From positions 7,821-71,820 of the IMG/VR virus record IMGVR_UViG_3300021431_000115: DNA of 64,000 bases. One strand, given 5' to 3'. The translations under genes were made by a program, and so were the position numbers. Of the stretch, positions 49,917-59,784 are shown one piece after another. The notes beneath the pieces were generated by a model that worked only from the letters and a program-made list of their open reading frames with translations, was not told the DNA's origin and did not search any database. The stretch comes from a virus. Its lineage: Duplodnaviria; Caudoviricetes. Numbering within the stretch: position 1 is the stretch's first letter; every line of letters begins with the position of its first letter.

Positions 49917-51020
49917 TTAAAAGATTTTAAGTTTATTTTCGTAAGCAGTACGAACATCTTTATTATTAGGATTCTCAAACCATGCAATAGCATCGTTCAT
50001 ATTAGCACCAATAAATGTTCCATCTGCCGTACTAATTTGCTGATTAAACTCAGAACGTACAAGTTCACCACGAGCAATTAATGTTTCAATGAAAGCTCTA
50101 ACATTAATATGTTTATCAGTAAGAAGCTTATTAAATTTATCAGGATTAGTATTGATATATTCCATCATAATAGCTTCTTTCTGAGTTCTGTCTTTAAGAA
50201 TAGCTTGACCAATGTTATCACCACGTAAAGAAGAAATCTGAACAAACACAGCATTGAATTTAGCGTCAGTTCCACCAAGTTCAATAAAGTTCTGCATTGC
50301 CTTCATCTTTTCCTTTGTGAGCTTTCTCTGCTTCTCTTCTTCTTTAGCTACATCTTTAATATAGAAACGAAGACTAGAATCAGAATTAATCAAAGCTGTA
50401 TCTTTAGCAACATCATTATATAATAGACAATGTCTATACATAAGATATTCTTCAAGATTCTCAGGACGTCCATACTTATGTTTAGAACTCTCCAAAGTAT
50501 TAAGAGCATCTATCTTACGTTTCAAAGCTTCTTTAATTGCTGCAATATTTGCTCTATCAACTTTTTCATACTCATCATTAATTCTATCTTCTTCAGCTTT
50601 TACTTTTAGATAATCAGCCTTTTTACGATAGATAAATGTGGTATTCAGATTGTAATCATTCTCACTAATAGTAAACTGAATGTTACTGAGCCAAGACTTA
50701 ACTCTACTAATAAACTCTGGATTACTAGGTGATAGACCTATAAGAGCAGGAAAGTAAGCATTTACCTCTTCAGAATTAGAAGAAAGAATTTGACAAGAAC
50801 GATAAGAAGAACCAATAGTTTCTTTACGATGTCCAAGAACTTTCATATTAACTTTACGATAATTTGAATAGTTATGAACAAGACTAATAGTAACTTGTCG
50901 TTTATCAATGTATTCTTGGTTGAGAGAATCATCCATTTCTTCTACAGGGGTGCTAGTCTTTGTAGTAGGCTCTTGAACTTTATTCTCGTCACTAGTTTCA
51001 TTAGAAATTTTAAGTGCCAT
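49917..51020 (-). CDS. Conserved crAss protein immediately downstream of the major capsid gene
   Basis: 367 aa; conserved position; C-terminal IGANMNDAIAWFENPNN. Confidence 0.65.
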   Translation of the reverse strand: MALKISNETSDENKVQEPTTKTSTPVEEMDDSLNQEYIDKRQVTISLVHNYSNYRKVNMKVLGHRKETIGSSYRSCQILSSNSEEVNAYFPALIGLSPSNPEFISRVKSWLSNIQFTISENDYNLNTTFIYRKKADYLKVKAEEDRINDEYEKVDRANIAAIKEALKRKIDALNTLESSKHKYGRPENLEEYLMYRHCLLYNDVAKDTALINSDSSLRFYIKDVAKEEEKQRKLTKEKMKAMQNFIELGGTDAKFNAVFVQISSLRGDNIGQAILKDRTQKEAIMMEYINTNPDKFNKLLTDKHINVRAFIETLIARGELVRSEFNQQISTADGTFIGANMNDAIAWFENPNNKDVRTAYENKLKIF

Positions 51021-51045
51021 GTTCGATTTGTTTTAAGTTTATTAA

Positions 51046-52521
51046 TTAGAGTACGCACTTGAGGTGCATCATCTTTGTAGCATTATTCACTTGAAGACCA
51101 TAAGTATTCTTAATCTCATACCTAGACATATCAATCTCAGTAGCAATACTATTAGTCGGAACACCACCCCAAGATGGAGGAATAGGAGTAAGACCTTTAA
51201 GCACACCACTAAGATAAACTTGTCCCTTCAGACGAACCTTACGAATATTACGAGTTCCCTCATAAGTACTCATATCAAGCAAGAAGCACTGGTGAGAACT
51301 CATAGGAAGTCCTGTACGAGGATGAATATTACCGTTAGACTTATCATTCTCTGCAATAGTTCCCTGGTCAAGAAGAGGAAGATGCTTAACTGTAATAACA
51401 TGATTATCAACAGTCTTATAACGACGGAAATACTTTCCATAAGAAAGACCACCTTCGAAATCTTCAATCATCTTATCTCCAAGAGGAGTAGCAAAACCTT
51501 CACTACGAGCATCATTACGCATAGCCATATCAAAGTCTTGCATGAATCCTTTACCACCCATAAGAACTACTTCCATAGTGCCAGTATCAGTGTCCTTATT
51601 AAGAATGTCACCGATAGTACGCTCAATCTTATTAAGTGTAAGATACTCACCATAAGTATCATAGTTAGACTCAGAACAAATCTGACGCATACCAGCGGTA
51701 TGAGGAATAGGCTGACCATTATCAGGGTCAATAAGCGTAACTTCTCCATTTACATTTCTATTGTATTCAGCAAGCCACAGACGCTCTTCATCCATGATAC
51801 GCATCTGAATATCATGTTGACGTTGCTCTTCATTAATCCAAAGATTGGTTGTACCACCACCCTTTGTCTTAAACTGATAAGTAACAATAACATTAGAAAT
51901 ATTACCTGCAATCTCCCAACTATAACGGTGATACTCAAGTTGAGAAGTCATCTTACCAGGACCCATACTATTCATACGGTTACCCTTAGAATAAGAAGCA
52001 CTAATTGTAGGAGCAGTCATACTCCAATATTTACCAACACCAAGTTGAGCAGGGTCAACAAAAGCATTAGGATTAGGATTAGTAAGTTTGAGTCGATAAA
52101 CAAAACCTCCATGAGGACCCTCACCAAGGTCTTTCATAATACGAACTTGAGTAATACCATCAGGAGCAATCAAACCATACTGTTCAATAAGCCAGTGAGT
52201 AGCAAACTCAACATCAAACATAGCACCACCTTGTCCTGGAGTAGTATTAGCTGTATCAAAGAAAATAACATAATCGTTGTACCTAGAACGACCCATAGTC
52301 TTCCAAGTCCAAGTTTCAGTTGCAATGTCTACAGTACCAGCACTACCTTGACCTTCTGTCAAAAATGTAAGAGGAAATCTATCATCATCCATACCATAGG
52401 TATAGGTCAGAGTATTATTAATTTCCTCTGGATGAGTAAGCATAAGATGAGCAATAGTTTCCTCATTGGAATACCCACGGTCATCAAAGTTACCGCGAGA
52501 TACTTCTCTAAGTTTGTACAT
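51046..52521 (-). CDS. Major capsid protein (crAss-like)
   Basis: 491 aa; DDRGYSNE...YGMDDDRFPLTFLTEGQG, WINEEQRQH, strongly biased codon usage; position after the scaffold-like gene. Confidence 0.9.
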   Translation of the reverse strand: MYKLREVSRGNFDDRGYSNEETIAHLMLTHPEEINNTLTYTYGMDDDRFPLTFLTEGQGSAGTVDIATETWTWKTMGRSRYNDYVIFFDTANTTPGQGGAMFDVEFATHWLIEQYGLIAPDGITQVRIMKDLGEGPHGGFVYRLKLTNPNPNAFVDPAQLGVGKYWSMTAPTISASYSKGNRMNSMGPGKMTSQLEYHRYSWEIAGNISNVIVTYQFKTKGGGTTNLWINEEQRQHDIQMRIMDEERLWLAEYNRNVNGEVTLIDPDNGQPIPHTAGMRQICSESNYDTYGEYLTLNKIERTIGDILNKDTDTGTMEVVLMGGKGFMQDFDMAMRNDARSEGFATPLGDKMIEDFEGGLSYGKYFRRYKTVDNHVITVKHLPLLDQGTIAENDKSNGNIHPRTGLPMSSHQCFLLDMSTYEGTRNIRKVRLKGQVYLSGVLKGLTPIPPSWGGVPTNSIATEIDMSRYEIKNTYGLQVNNATKMMHLKCVL

Positions 52522-52545
52522 ACGTTCAAATTATAAGTTAAACAA

Positions 52546-53808
52546 TTAGAAAATAATATCGTCGTAACTAACTTTGCTCTTTTTCTTGTTTACTTTAATA
52601 GTCTTAGCATTGCGCTGTTCTTTAGACTTTACAATAAGTTTACGAACGTTACTTTCATTAATAGCCATATCAACAAGGTCTTTATAAGTACCACCCGTAA
52701 ATGTAAGCCAAGCATCGAGAAGAGTTCTATTCATTTCCTCTTCATCAGTTAGTTGATTCAAATCATTTTGATAAGCAGTTATTGGATTTCCATCTGGTCC
52801 TTGATAAGCAGGTCTTGAAAGATAATTAAAGAAATCATTAAGATTATAAGTATATTTCTTACCATCAACTTCTTTAACTATATTCTCAGGAAGTTCATAA
52901 GCTCCAAGTTTACGATTACTAATAGCTTTAGCAACTCGATTCCAATAGTCATTCAAGTCTTGTTGTTCTTGCTGTCTACGCATTTCAGCTTCTTGTTGCA
53001 TCTGTTGCATAAAAGCAACATCTTTTTTAACTAAAGCATCAAGTTGATTCTTAGCTTCATCATAAAGAGCACCAGTGGATTTAAGATACTTAATATAGTT
53101 ATCATTAACGTTTGGATTATTAAACTCTCGACCTGCCATACGAATAACAGCTTCTAGCTGAGCTTCATTATTTTGGTCAAGTTGAATTCCTCTACGATCT
53201 GGAATATTTCCAAATCCTCTAGGATCTCCATTATTAAGTTCAAGATAATCTACAAACTGTTTAAGTACTGGTATATCAGTAAATAACTTATTTACTGCTC
53301 CAAGTTCAGCATTTCGTAATTGAGAAGATACAGCCGCTTTAACATAATTTGCAACTCCAGCAGGGTCATTAGTAAATTCAACAGGTTGTCCATTCTCATC
53401 AAGGACATCAAATCCTACTGCTGCACGAACATTGTCAATAGAAAACTCATTGGGGTCAGCTTCAGCACTTTCTGTGTTATTTTCTGCTAACCAAGCTTTA
53501 ACTTCATCAGCTTTCTTAAACACATTTCCTTGTGCATCTACAATGTCACCATTTTCAGCAACTGTATAACTATTTCCATCAAACTCAATTTCTGTTCCAG
53601 CTTCTAATGCGTCATCGGTATCATTAGTTTGTTTTTCATCAGGATTATTATTGGTATTGTCTTTACCAGTAACGTCATCCGTAGTTGGAGCATTTAACGA
53701 AGTAGTATCTTCTTGATTAACTACATTGTTAGTATCAGGCGTTTGTGCATTAGCTGGTTGTTGTACATCCATTGCACTACCTTCAAAATCAATAGCTTGT
53801 TCATCCAT
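52546..53808 (-). CDS. Putative capsid scaffolding / assembly protein
   Basis: 420 aa, acidic disordered N-terminus and coiled coil; directly upstream of the major capsid gene. Confidence 0.65.
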   Translation of the reverse strand: MDEQAIDFEGSAMDVQQPANAQTPDTNNVVNQEDTTSLNAPTTDDVTGKDNTNNNPDEKQTNDTDDALEAGTEIEFDGNSYTVAENGDIVDAQGNVFKKADEVKAWLAENNTESAEADPNEFSIDNVRAAVGFDVLDENGQPVEFTNDPAGVANYVKAAVSSQLRNAELGAVNKLFTDIPVLKQFVDYLELNNGDPRGFGNIPDRRGIQLDQNNEAQLEAVIRMAGREFNNPNVNDNYIKYLKSTGALYDEAKNQLDALVKKDVAFMQQMQQEAEMRRQQEQQDLNDYWNRVAKAISNRKLGAYELPENIVKEVDGKKYTYNLNDFFNYLSRPAYQGPDGNPITAYQNDLNQLTDEEEMNRTLLDAWLTFTGGTYKDLVDMAINESNVRKLIVKSKEQRNAKTIKVNKKKSKVSYDDIIF

Positions 53809-53855
53809 GATTTAATGATTTGTTTTAATATTATTACTATCTTAATTAGTTTATG

Positions 53856-53886
53856 CAAAAATAAGTATTTTATTTGTAATTGCAAA
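53856..53886 (-). promoter_or_regulatory. Bacteroidota sigma-A-type promoter of the capsid operon
   Basis: TTTG (53886-53883), 19-nt spacer, TATTTTTG (53863-53856): consensus match 48 bp upstream of the ATG at 53808. Confidence 0.8.
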
Positions 53887-54143
53887 ACGTTTTAAGATTT
53901 ATTAGTAATAAAATCATTTGTGTTAATATTACGTTAAATACAAGATTTAATATTACTGCGAACATAAACATCATCATTTTTAATATTACTGCTGACACAT
54001 ATCGAGCCAGTGACAACGGTCTAAAATCGACTGCTATTTGCGTCAGCGATAAGCCGTATTACACATTATTATATTATATATAGGATTATTCAGCAACCAT
54101 TTTATATCGCTTTAAATCGTATTTAAATATATAAAATAAAATT

Positions 54144-54174
54144 AGACCTGTCTATCATTAAGATAAACAGGTCT
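54144..54174 (-). terminator. Intrinsic terminator of the terminase-portal operon
   Basis: Stem AGACCTGTCTATC / GATAAACAGGTCT (one mismatch) followed by AATTTTATTTT on the minus strand. Confidence 0.65.
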
Positions 54175-54197
54175 TGCAATTTGGAAATGTACAAAAG

Positions 54198-54482
54198 TTA
54201 TATAATAATGAGTAGGAAAGCTATTTCTATTCCAACAAAACCACCTATAACAGTTGCTATAGCATCTTTAAAATCAACTGTTCCTTTATGGTTTTTATCG
54301 TATTGTTCTTTAGCTAGCCCTAATAAGAAGACGATGCTTAATGTTAGCACCCCGTTAGAGAGTATGTTTGACAACCACAGATTGTTTACTCCCATTATAA
54401 CACTACCTAGAATAAGTCCTACAATAAAATGTAATAGTTTATCAGCAGGAATACGTTTAATTAGTTCTAATAATTTTTTCAT
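54198..54482 (-). CDS. Small membrane protein (VanZ-like DKxxH family)
   Basis: 94 aa; DKLLHFIVG, KEQYD, DAIATVIGG; three hydrophobic segments. Confidence 0.65.
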   Translation of the reverse strand: MKKLLELIKRIPADKLLHFIVGLILGSVIMGVNNLWLSNILSNGVLTLSIVFLLGLAKEQYDKNHKGTVDFKDAIATVIGGFVGIEIAFLLIII

Positions 54483-56890
54483 TTGTCATATCTATTTTTA
54501 TTAGTTTTGGCAATTTTTAAATCATTAGCCATTTGTTCACGTTTAACTTGTCTATCAGCAGCTTTAGAATATACATCAGCATTTAATTTTTCTCTATCAA
54601 GAGCAAGTTTATTTTGTTCATTAAGCATTCTATTATTTTCTGCTTGTTCTTGAAGTCTAAATTTTTCTGCATCATTATTAACAGGTTGATTCATCATAGC
54701 CATTTGAGCGTCAATGCCTTTCATATCAACTTGATAACCAAGTTCCATGGCTTTTGTTTTTCTATCTTCTTCACCCTTAGCTTGAATCTTAACAATCTCA
54801 TTTTGTAACTTTTGTTGCTCTAACATTTGATCAGCTTGTTTCATCTGGTCTTCATGCTGGCGTTTCATGTTCATAAACTGATTAATTAAGTCTTTTGCTT
54901 GAGTAACATTGTTAGAAGTAATAGCTGCAAGTGCCATATCAAGGTCACCATTTTGTGCAGCACTAAATGCCCATTGTTGAAGTTGTTTAAACTTCTCTAA
55001 CTCCTTTTGGTCATTCTTTACATAAACTGTATAATCAGCTCTGCAGAAACTATTAACATCAAGACTAATATAACGCCTGTTATATTCTTCATCAGTAAAA
55101 GAATCTTGAAGACCATCTACATATGCAAGTTTAGCAAAGTCCATATCACGTTGATAATCTCTACGACGAAACTCATCAAACATTGTTACAATAATAACAC
55201 TACCCATAGAGGAACGTGCAATAGCTTCTTGTGTAACATTAGCACCAGCAGACTGAGCAATTTCACCATATCGTTGACTATTCATATCAACCATTTCACG
55301 AGCTTCAAGTTTAATAGCTTCCATAAGATTAGTAAGCTGAGTAACATAATCTCCCATACTAGCATTAAGCATTCTTATGTTAGCCATCTTTTGGCTGTTA
55401 GCATCTTCGGTATCATCAACAATAAGAACTCCATCAGCTGCCATTTTATATATCTTATCTTCAGTATCACTAGCAAGCAATGATTCAGGAAGAAGTAGAA
55501 TAAGCATTTTGTTTTTAGCAATAACCATTTCACGATGATATGAAATAATATTACGAAGAATCTGATAAGGAGTTACAAGTTCTATAATGCTAAATTTACC
55601 CATAAAAGGTAGTATTTCCATCAAACCGTTATAAGGAAGTTTGCCATCACGTTGATAATTAATAGGTCTTGCTTTAATAGGATATATAGCACTATACCTA
55701 TTACCAATACGGTATCCTTCATATACTTGTGGTTCATATCCCCATTCAATAGAAATCTCTCCAGCTTCAGGATTAAGTTTGTAACCTTCATCTACAATCC
55801 TAGTAGCTTGCATTCCTAATTCATTTATGTAAGTAAGAATACCTTGTCTTGCTTCACCTCTCCAAACAACATGCCATACTTCATAAAGATTATTATTAGA
55901 ATCAGCTACATCAATGCCATGATGTCTAAACATCTCTCTATCTTCTTTTGTAAACTTCTCACAACAATCAGGATAATATTCAAAATATTGACTATACATA
56001 AGACGAGGTCTAGTACCAGGACCAGCATAGTTAGCATAGTATTTATCTAAATATTCTCTATCATTTTTTGTAAGAACTTCATCAAACATATCTAGAATTT
56101 GTGGATAAGATAACCACATTCGTCTAGCAAACATATCATGGTCTTCAACAAAGAAGTTTTCATTAGGAATAGGAAAAGCTTCTATAACAGGAACATGCTC
56201 TTTAATAAGTTTTTCTCCTCGAACATCACAATAACTATAACATTCTCCTAATGTACAAAAATCAAAAAATGCCCCTAGATAATTAATGCTATCATCAGTA
56301 GTAGCACGAATGAAATCTAAAACATCTTGTGCTTGCTTTGTTTCAGTATCAACATAATTAGCATTAAAATCCTTCATAAATTGTTCAGGGTCAGGCATAT
56401 TTTGTTGAGGGTCAATTTGACTAGGATCTTGACCTTGTTGTTCTGCTTGTTGTTGAGCTTGTTGTTGAGCTTGCATAACTGCTTGTTGAAAAGCTTGCAT
56501 AGCTTTAGTTGAAATCTCTTGTCCAAGCTTTGCATTACGTTTAGCAATAAGTTCTGGACTACTAGCAGTAACAGTGAAATCATGAATACCTTTATGATAC
56601 TCTGATACATAACGTCTAACAATATCAGACATTATATCGAGATTACGCATAGTAGCAGGAAATCTCATATAACGTTCTTGAGCACTATTATAAGGATTCA
56701 AAGTTTTCTTATAAAATTCATTAGGAATATCACCTTGAAGAATACCTAATTTAATTTCAGTATCAGTTCTGTCATTGCAATTAAGACCTTCTTCAATTAT
56801 GTAGTCAATACAATTAGCATACCATTCAGCTTTTTGCTTGACTCCAGCACCAACTCGTTGCTGAGGAAATTGAGTACTTCTTGTATACAT
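54479..56890 (-). CDS. Portal protein
   Basis: 803 aa directly after the terminase; FPQQRV, RFPATMRNLDI, KLPYNG, C-terminal coiled coil. Confidence 0.88.
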   Translation of the reverse strand: MYTRSTQFPQQRVGAGVKQKAEWYANCIDYIIEEGLNCNDRTDTEIKLGILQGDIPNEFYKKTLNPYNSAQERYMRFPATMRNLDIMSDIVRRYVSEYHKGIHDFTVTASSPELIAKRNAKLGQEISTKAMQAFQQAVMQAQQQAQQQAEQQGQDPSQIDPQQNMPDPEQFMKDFNANYVDTETKQAQDVLDFIRATTDDSINYLGAFFDFCTLGECYSYCDVRGEKLIKEHVPVIEAFPIPNENFFVEDHDMFARRMWLSYPQILDMFDEVLTKNDREYLDKYYANYAGPGTRPRLMYSQYFEYYPDCCEKFTKEDREMFRHHGIDVADSNNNLYEVWHVVWRGEARQGILTYINELGMQATRIVDEGYKLNPEAGEISIEWGYEPQVYEGYRIGNRYSAIYPIKARPINYQRDGKLPYNGLMEILPFMGKFSIIELVTPYQILRNIISYHREMVIAKNKMLILLLPESLLASDTEDKIYKMAADGVLIVDDTEDANSQKMANIRMLNASMGDYVTQLTNLMEAIKLEAREMVDMNSQRYGEIAQSAGANVTQEAIARSSMGSVIIVTMFDEFRRRDYQRDMDFAKLAYVDGLQDSFTDEEYNRRYISLDVNSFCRADYTVYVKNDQKELEKFKQLQQWAFSAAQNGDLDMALAAITSNNVTQAKDLINQFMNMKRQHEDQMKQADQMLEQQKLQNEIVKIQAKGEEDRKTKAMELGYQVDMKGIDAQMAMMNQPVNNDAEKFRLQEQAENNRMLNEQNKLALDREKLNADVYSKAADRQVKREQMANDLKIAKTNKNRYDK

Positions 56891-56901
56891 ATTAATATAA
56901 T

Positions 56902-59166
56902 TTAAAACCAGGCTCTATGTAATATATTATTTTTCTCATCTATAACTTTTTTTCTATGTGCAAGTTCTTTAGCTGCTTCAACATCTGTAAGTTTCCATTG
57001 AATAGCTCTAATAATCATTTCTGAAACACGGTCAAAGTTACCTATACTATTCCATTTTTTAAGTTCAAGAATAGACTGATAATCATATATAGTTTGAAAC
57101 AATCTTTTAGAATTTCCTAATTCGTCTTTACCAACTTCAGAATATAGCATTTCTTTAAGAAGTCGAAGACCTTCAAGTTTCTTAGCATCAGTACCCATAT
57201 TGATACCATAAGTAGAAGTAACTTTACCTTTTAATGTAGTATCCCATATTTGTACAGGGTCACGCATAAGATACTTTGTAGCTTTCCACTTAGTGAAATT
57301 ACTAACAGTTTCACCTCGGTTAATCTCTACTCCTACTGTGCCAATACAATTATAATATTTAGCAAGTAATAAACATACTCTATCAGCTTCTTCTAGTTTT
57401 TCAGGTCTACCATAATATGCTGCAACTAAAGCTGTTCTAAAACCATTGTACGGTGTAGGATTCATCCAAACCTTAATACTATTATGAGAATGTTTATTAG
57501 TAATAAGTTTATTCTCTTTATTTACACCTACAGGGTCATAACTAATACTATATAATCCTCTAGGTATATCATTTATCATTTCTCCCTTTTCATTACGATG
57601 AACATATTTGGTAGGATTAAACCATTTGCGAATACAACCATGTGGATGCTCATGTCCTTTTCTAGGAACTCCTTCTATCCAATCCCAGTAATCTACATTA
57701 TGTTTTCCACCTTCAGCTTCTATTCTAGCATTAGTTCTAAATTCTACTTTACCTTCTTTTTCAAACAACCATCCATCAACATAAAACTTAAATACATTAT
57801 CTGTTCTAAGTCGTTCTTCCCACATCATAAGTTCTTCACTACTAAATAAGTTTTCAGTAGTAGAACTAAATGATTCAGCAGGCATATTAGCATATTGACC
57901 AAGATAATTAATATATTCAGCAAAAGTTTTAGAATCTTTTTTCTTTGCTTGTCGTTCTTTATATGCTACTCTAAGACCAACTTCTATATCAGAATTGCCA
58001 TCTTCATCCATAGCTAGTCTATCTCCATCTTGACCTTGAAGACCCCAACAATAAGGTTTAAAATATCCACAAACTTCATTTCTACAATCTTTATCCCAAA
58101 CATTCTCAAAAGGCATACAATGATAAGATGTAGGGGAATAAAAGTTTTGTTCAAAGGTTTGCATATTACCTGCAGTAGCAGTACCCCAAGCAATTAGATT
58201 ACCAGTAACATAAGCACCTGTACGCATAGCAGGTTCTGTAACAGCCATGAATTCATCAAAGTTATCCATAGTAGAAACTTCCTCTACTTTAACTTTCATA
58301 GCATCCTTACCAATAGCACAGTTAGGATTATTCATTGCTGATACAGAAAATAACGCACTATTCCAAGATTTAGGAGATACAATACCATTAGGAAGTTTAA
58401 AACCTAACGTAAAGTTTTCTTTGTCTGTAGAAAGAATACCTCGTTTAAAAAATGTTTGAGTTTCATAAAAACGAAGGTTGTTAAGGGTGAAATCAGTAAG
58501 TCCACCCTTAACAACTAAATACTTTTTATCTACAGCCACATGAATCTCAACTTTACGAGAATTGAGATTTATATCATTAGCACTATCGGAAGCCATAATA
58601 TAAGAAAATCCTCCACGTCTAGTTTTATCTATTATTAGGTGAAAACCATTACGTTGAGCAAATTCCATAATATGCCACGTCCAAAATTGTGCATCTATAA
58701 ACTTACTAAAATCATAATGTTTTTTACCAACACTAGCTTTATCGGAAAACTTTGTACTTTTAGTATCAAGCTGTTCAATCATAGTATAATTGAGAAAATT
58801 ATAATGACCTCCAGTGATTCTAATATCATGTACTTTTCCATTTCTCCACAAGCATGGTGCTGAAAATCCATGACGTCTTCTATATTCTTCTCTTTTTCTT
58901 AATTGACGATGTGGAATACTATCAACTCTATAAGTTGTGTATGTTTTATTTTTACGATAAAAATCAGCCATTTCAGTGAATAGATGAGTATTAACAAATC
59001 TATCACCCTCTTGAATGTTAAGTAAAAAACCACCACTATCGCCAATTAAGAATAAATCATCAGGGTCATCATACCCTTCATCCTTAGCATGGCGATAGTG
59101 AGATTTATCTTCCTTAATATAATTAAGAAAAGGATAATTTTTAATATAGTCAGTTAAACTGTCCAT
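56902..59166 (-). CDS. terL: Terminase large subunit
   Basis: 754 aa; Walker A-like KTRRGGFSY, Walker B VKVEE, AWGT coupling motif, RNase H-like SYDP and GNFDRVS. Confidence 0.92.
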   Translation of the reverse strand: MDSLTDYIKNYPFLNYIKEDKSHYRHAKDEGYDDPDDLFLIGDSGGFLLNIQEGDRFVNTHLFTEMADFYRKNKTYTTYRVDSIPHRQLRKREEYRRRHGFSAPCLWRNGKVHDIRITGGHYNFLNYTMIEQLDTKSTKFSDKASVGKKHYDFSKFIDAQFWTWHIMEFAQRNGFHLIIDKTRRGGFSYIMASDSANDINLNSRKVEIHVAVDKKYLVVKGGLTDFTLNNLRFYETQTFFKRGILSTDKENFTLGFKLPNGIVSPKSWNSALFSVSAMNNPNCAIGKDAMKVKVEEVSTMDNFDEFMAVTEPAMRTGAYVTGNLIAWGTATAGNMQTFEQNFYSPTSYHCMPFENVWDKDCRNEVCGYFKPYCWGLQGQDGDRLAMDEDGNSDIEVGLRVAYKERQAKKKDSKTFAEYINYLGQYANMPAESFSSTTENLFSSEELMMWEERLRTDNVFKFYVDGWLFEKEGKVEFRTNARIEAEGGKHNVDYWDWIEGVPRKGHEHPHGCIRKWFNPTKYVHRNEKGEMINDIPRGLYSISYDPVGVNKENKLITNKHSHNSIKVWMNPTPYNGFRTALVAAYYGRPEKLEEADRVCLLLAKYYNCIGTVGVEINRGETVSNFTKWKATKYLMRDPVQIWDTTLKGKVTSTYGINMGTDAKKLEGLRLLKEMLYSEVGKDELGNSKRLFQTIYDYQSILELKKWNSIGNFDRVSEMIIRAIQWKLTDVEAAKELAHRKKVIDEKNNILHRAWF

Positions 59167-59558
59167 TATAAAATTAAACTTAAAATCATTAACACAACAG
59201 ATGTTCCAGCGATACCTTTATAAACCTTATTTCTATTATTAAGTTTTGCAATCTTTTTATTCTGTTCTTCTATAACTTTATTAGAATGATCAACTACAAT
59301 CTTATAAGTATCAACTTCTTTATCGTAAAGTTTAATAACTGAATTAAGACTGTCATTTATAACTTTTTGATATTTAAGTTCAATCATTTTAGCATTAGCT
59401 AGTCTTAATTCATCATAACTAACTAAAACAGAATCTGAAGATACTAGCCCCCCGTTAGAAGGAACTTGTGCATTACTCCCGCACCAACTCCCTAAACAAC
59501 TCCAAAGTACTATCGTTACTAAGAGTTTTAACTTTTTCAATCGTATCATGTTTTTCAC
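59166..59558 (-). CDS. Putative spanin component (signal/lipoprotein N-terminus, coiled coil, C-terminal TM)
   Basis: LLVTIVLWSC lipobox-like segment, coiled coil, C-terminal IAGTSVVLMILSLIL; overlaps the upstream gene by 86 bp; follows the lysin. Confidence 0.55.
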   Translation of the reverse strand: MKNMIRLKKLKLLVTIVLWSCLGSWCGSNAQVPSNGGLVSSDSVLVSYDELRLANAKMIELKYQKVINDSLNSVIKLYDKEVDTYKIVVDHSNKVIEEQNKKIAKLNNRNKVYKGIAGTSVVLMILSLIL

Positions 59559-59784
59559 TATCTAATTTATTAACATCTTTTTGTATTTCTTTAATAGCTT
59601 CGTTGAGTGAATCAATTTTATTAATTTCCTCTACAGGGGAGGTAATAGGCTTATATTCATCATTAAAGCATTTAATAATACAAGAAAAAGCAAAAGTTAC
59701 TATCAATGCAACAATAACAAATGCTGAGAAATAAAAACATCCGTCTTTCATTTCTAAATCTCTTATATCATCGTCATATCTCAT
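59473..59784 (-). CDS. Putative inner-membrane spanin (Rz-like)
   Basis: 103 aa; N-terminal TM helix then coiled coil; directly after the lysin. Confidence 0.55.
   Translation of the reverse strand: MRYDDDIRDLEMKDGCFYFSAFVIVALIVTFAFSCIIKCFNDEYKPITSPVEEINKIDSLNEAIKEIQKDVNKLDSEKHDTIEKVKTLSNDSTLELFRELVRE

Noticed and set aside
51064-52536. 490-aa ORF antisense to the major capsid gene
   Set aside because: Exactly mirrors the MCP codons; avoidance of TTA/CTA/TCA in a highly biased gene removes antisense stops; the Ile/Thr/Ser-rich translation is not protein-like
53890-54140. tRNA gene in the larger intergenic gaps (also 36300-36580 and 63120-64000)
   Set aside because: No cloverleaf or T-loop GTTCRA pattern found by eye
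56902-59166. Intein or group I intron in terminase, capsid or RNAP
   Set aside because: ORFs are continuous; terminase and capsid are of ordinary length; no intein C-terminal HN motif context or homing endonuclease was seen
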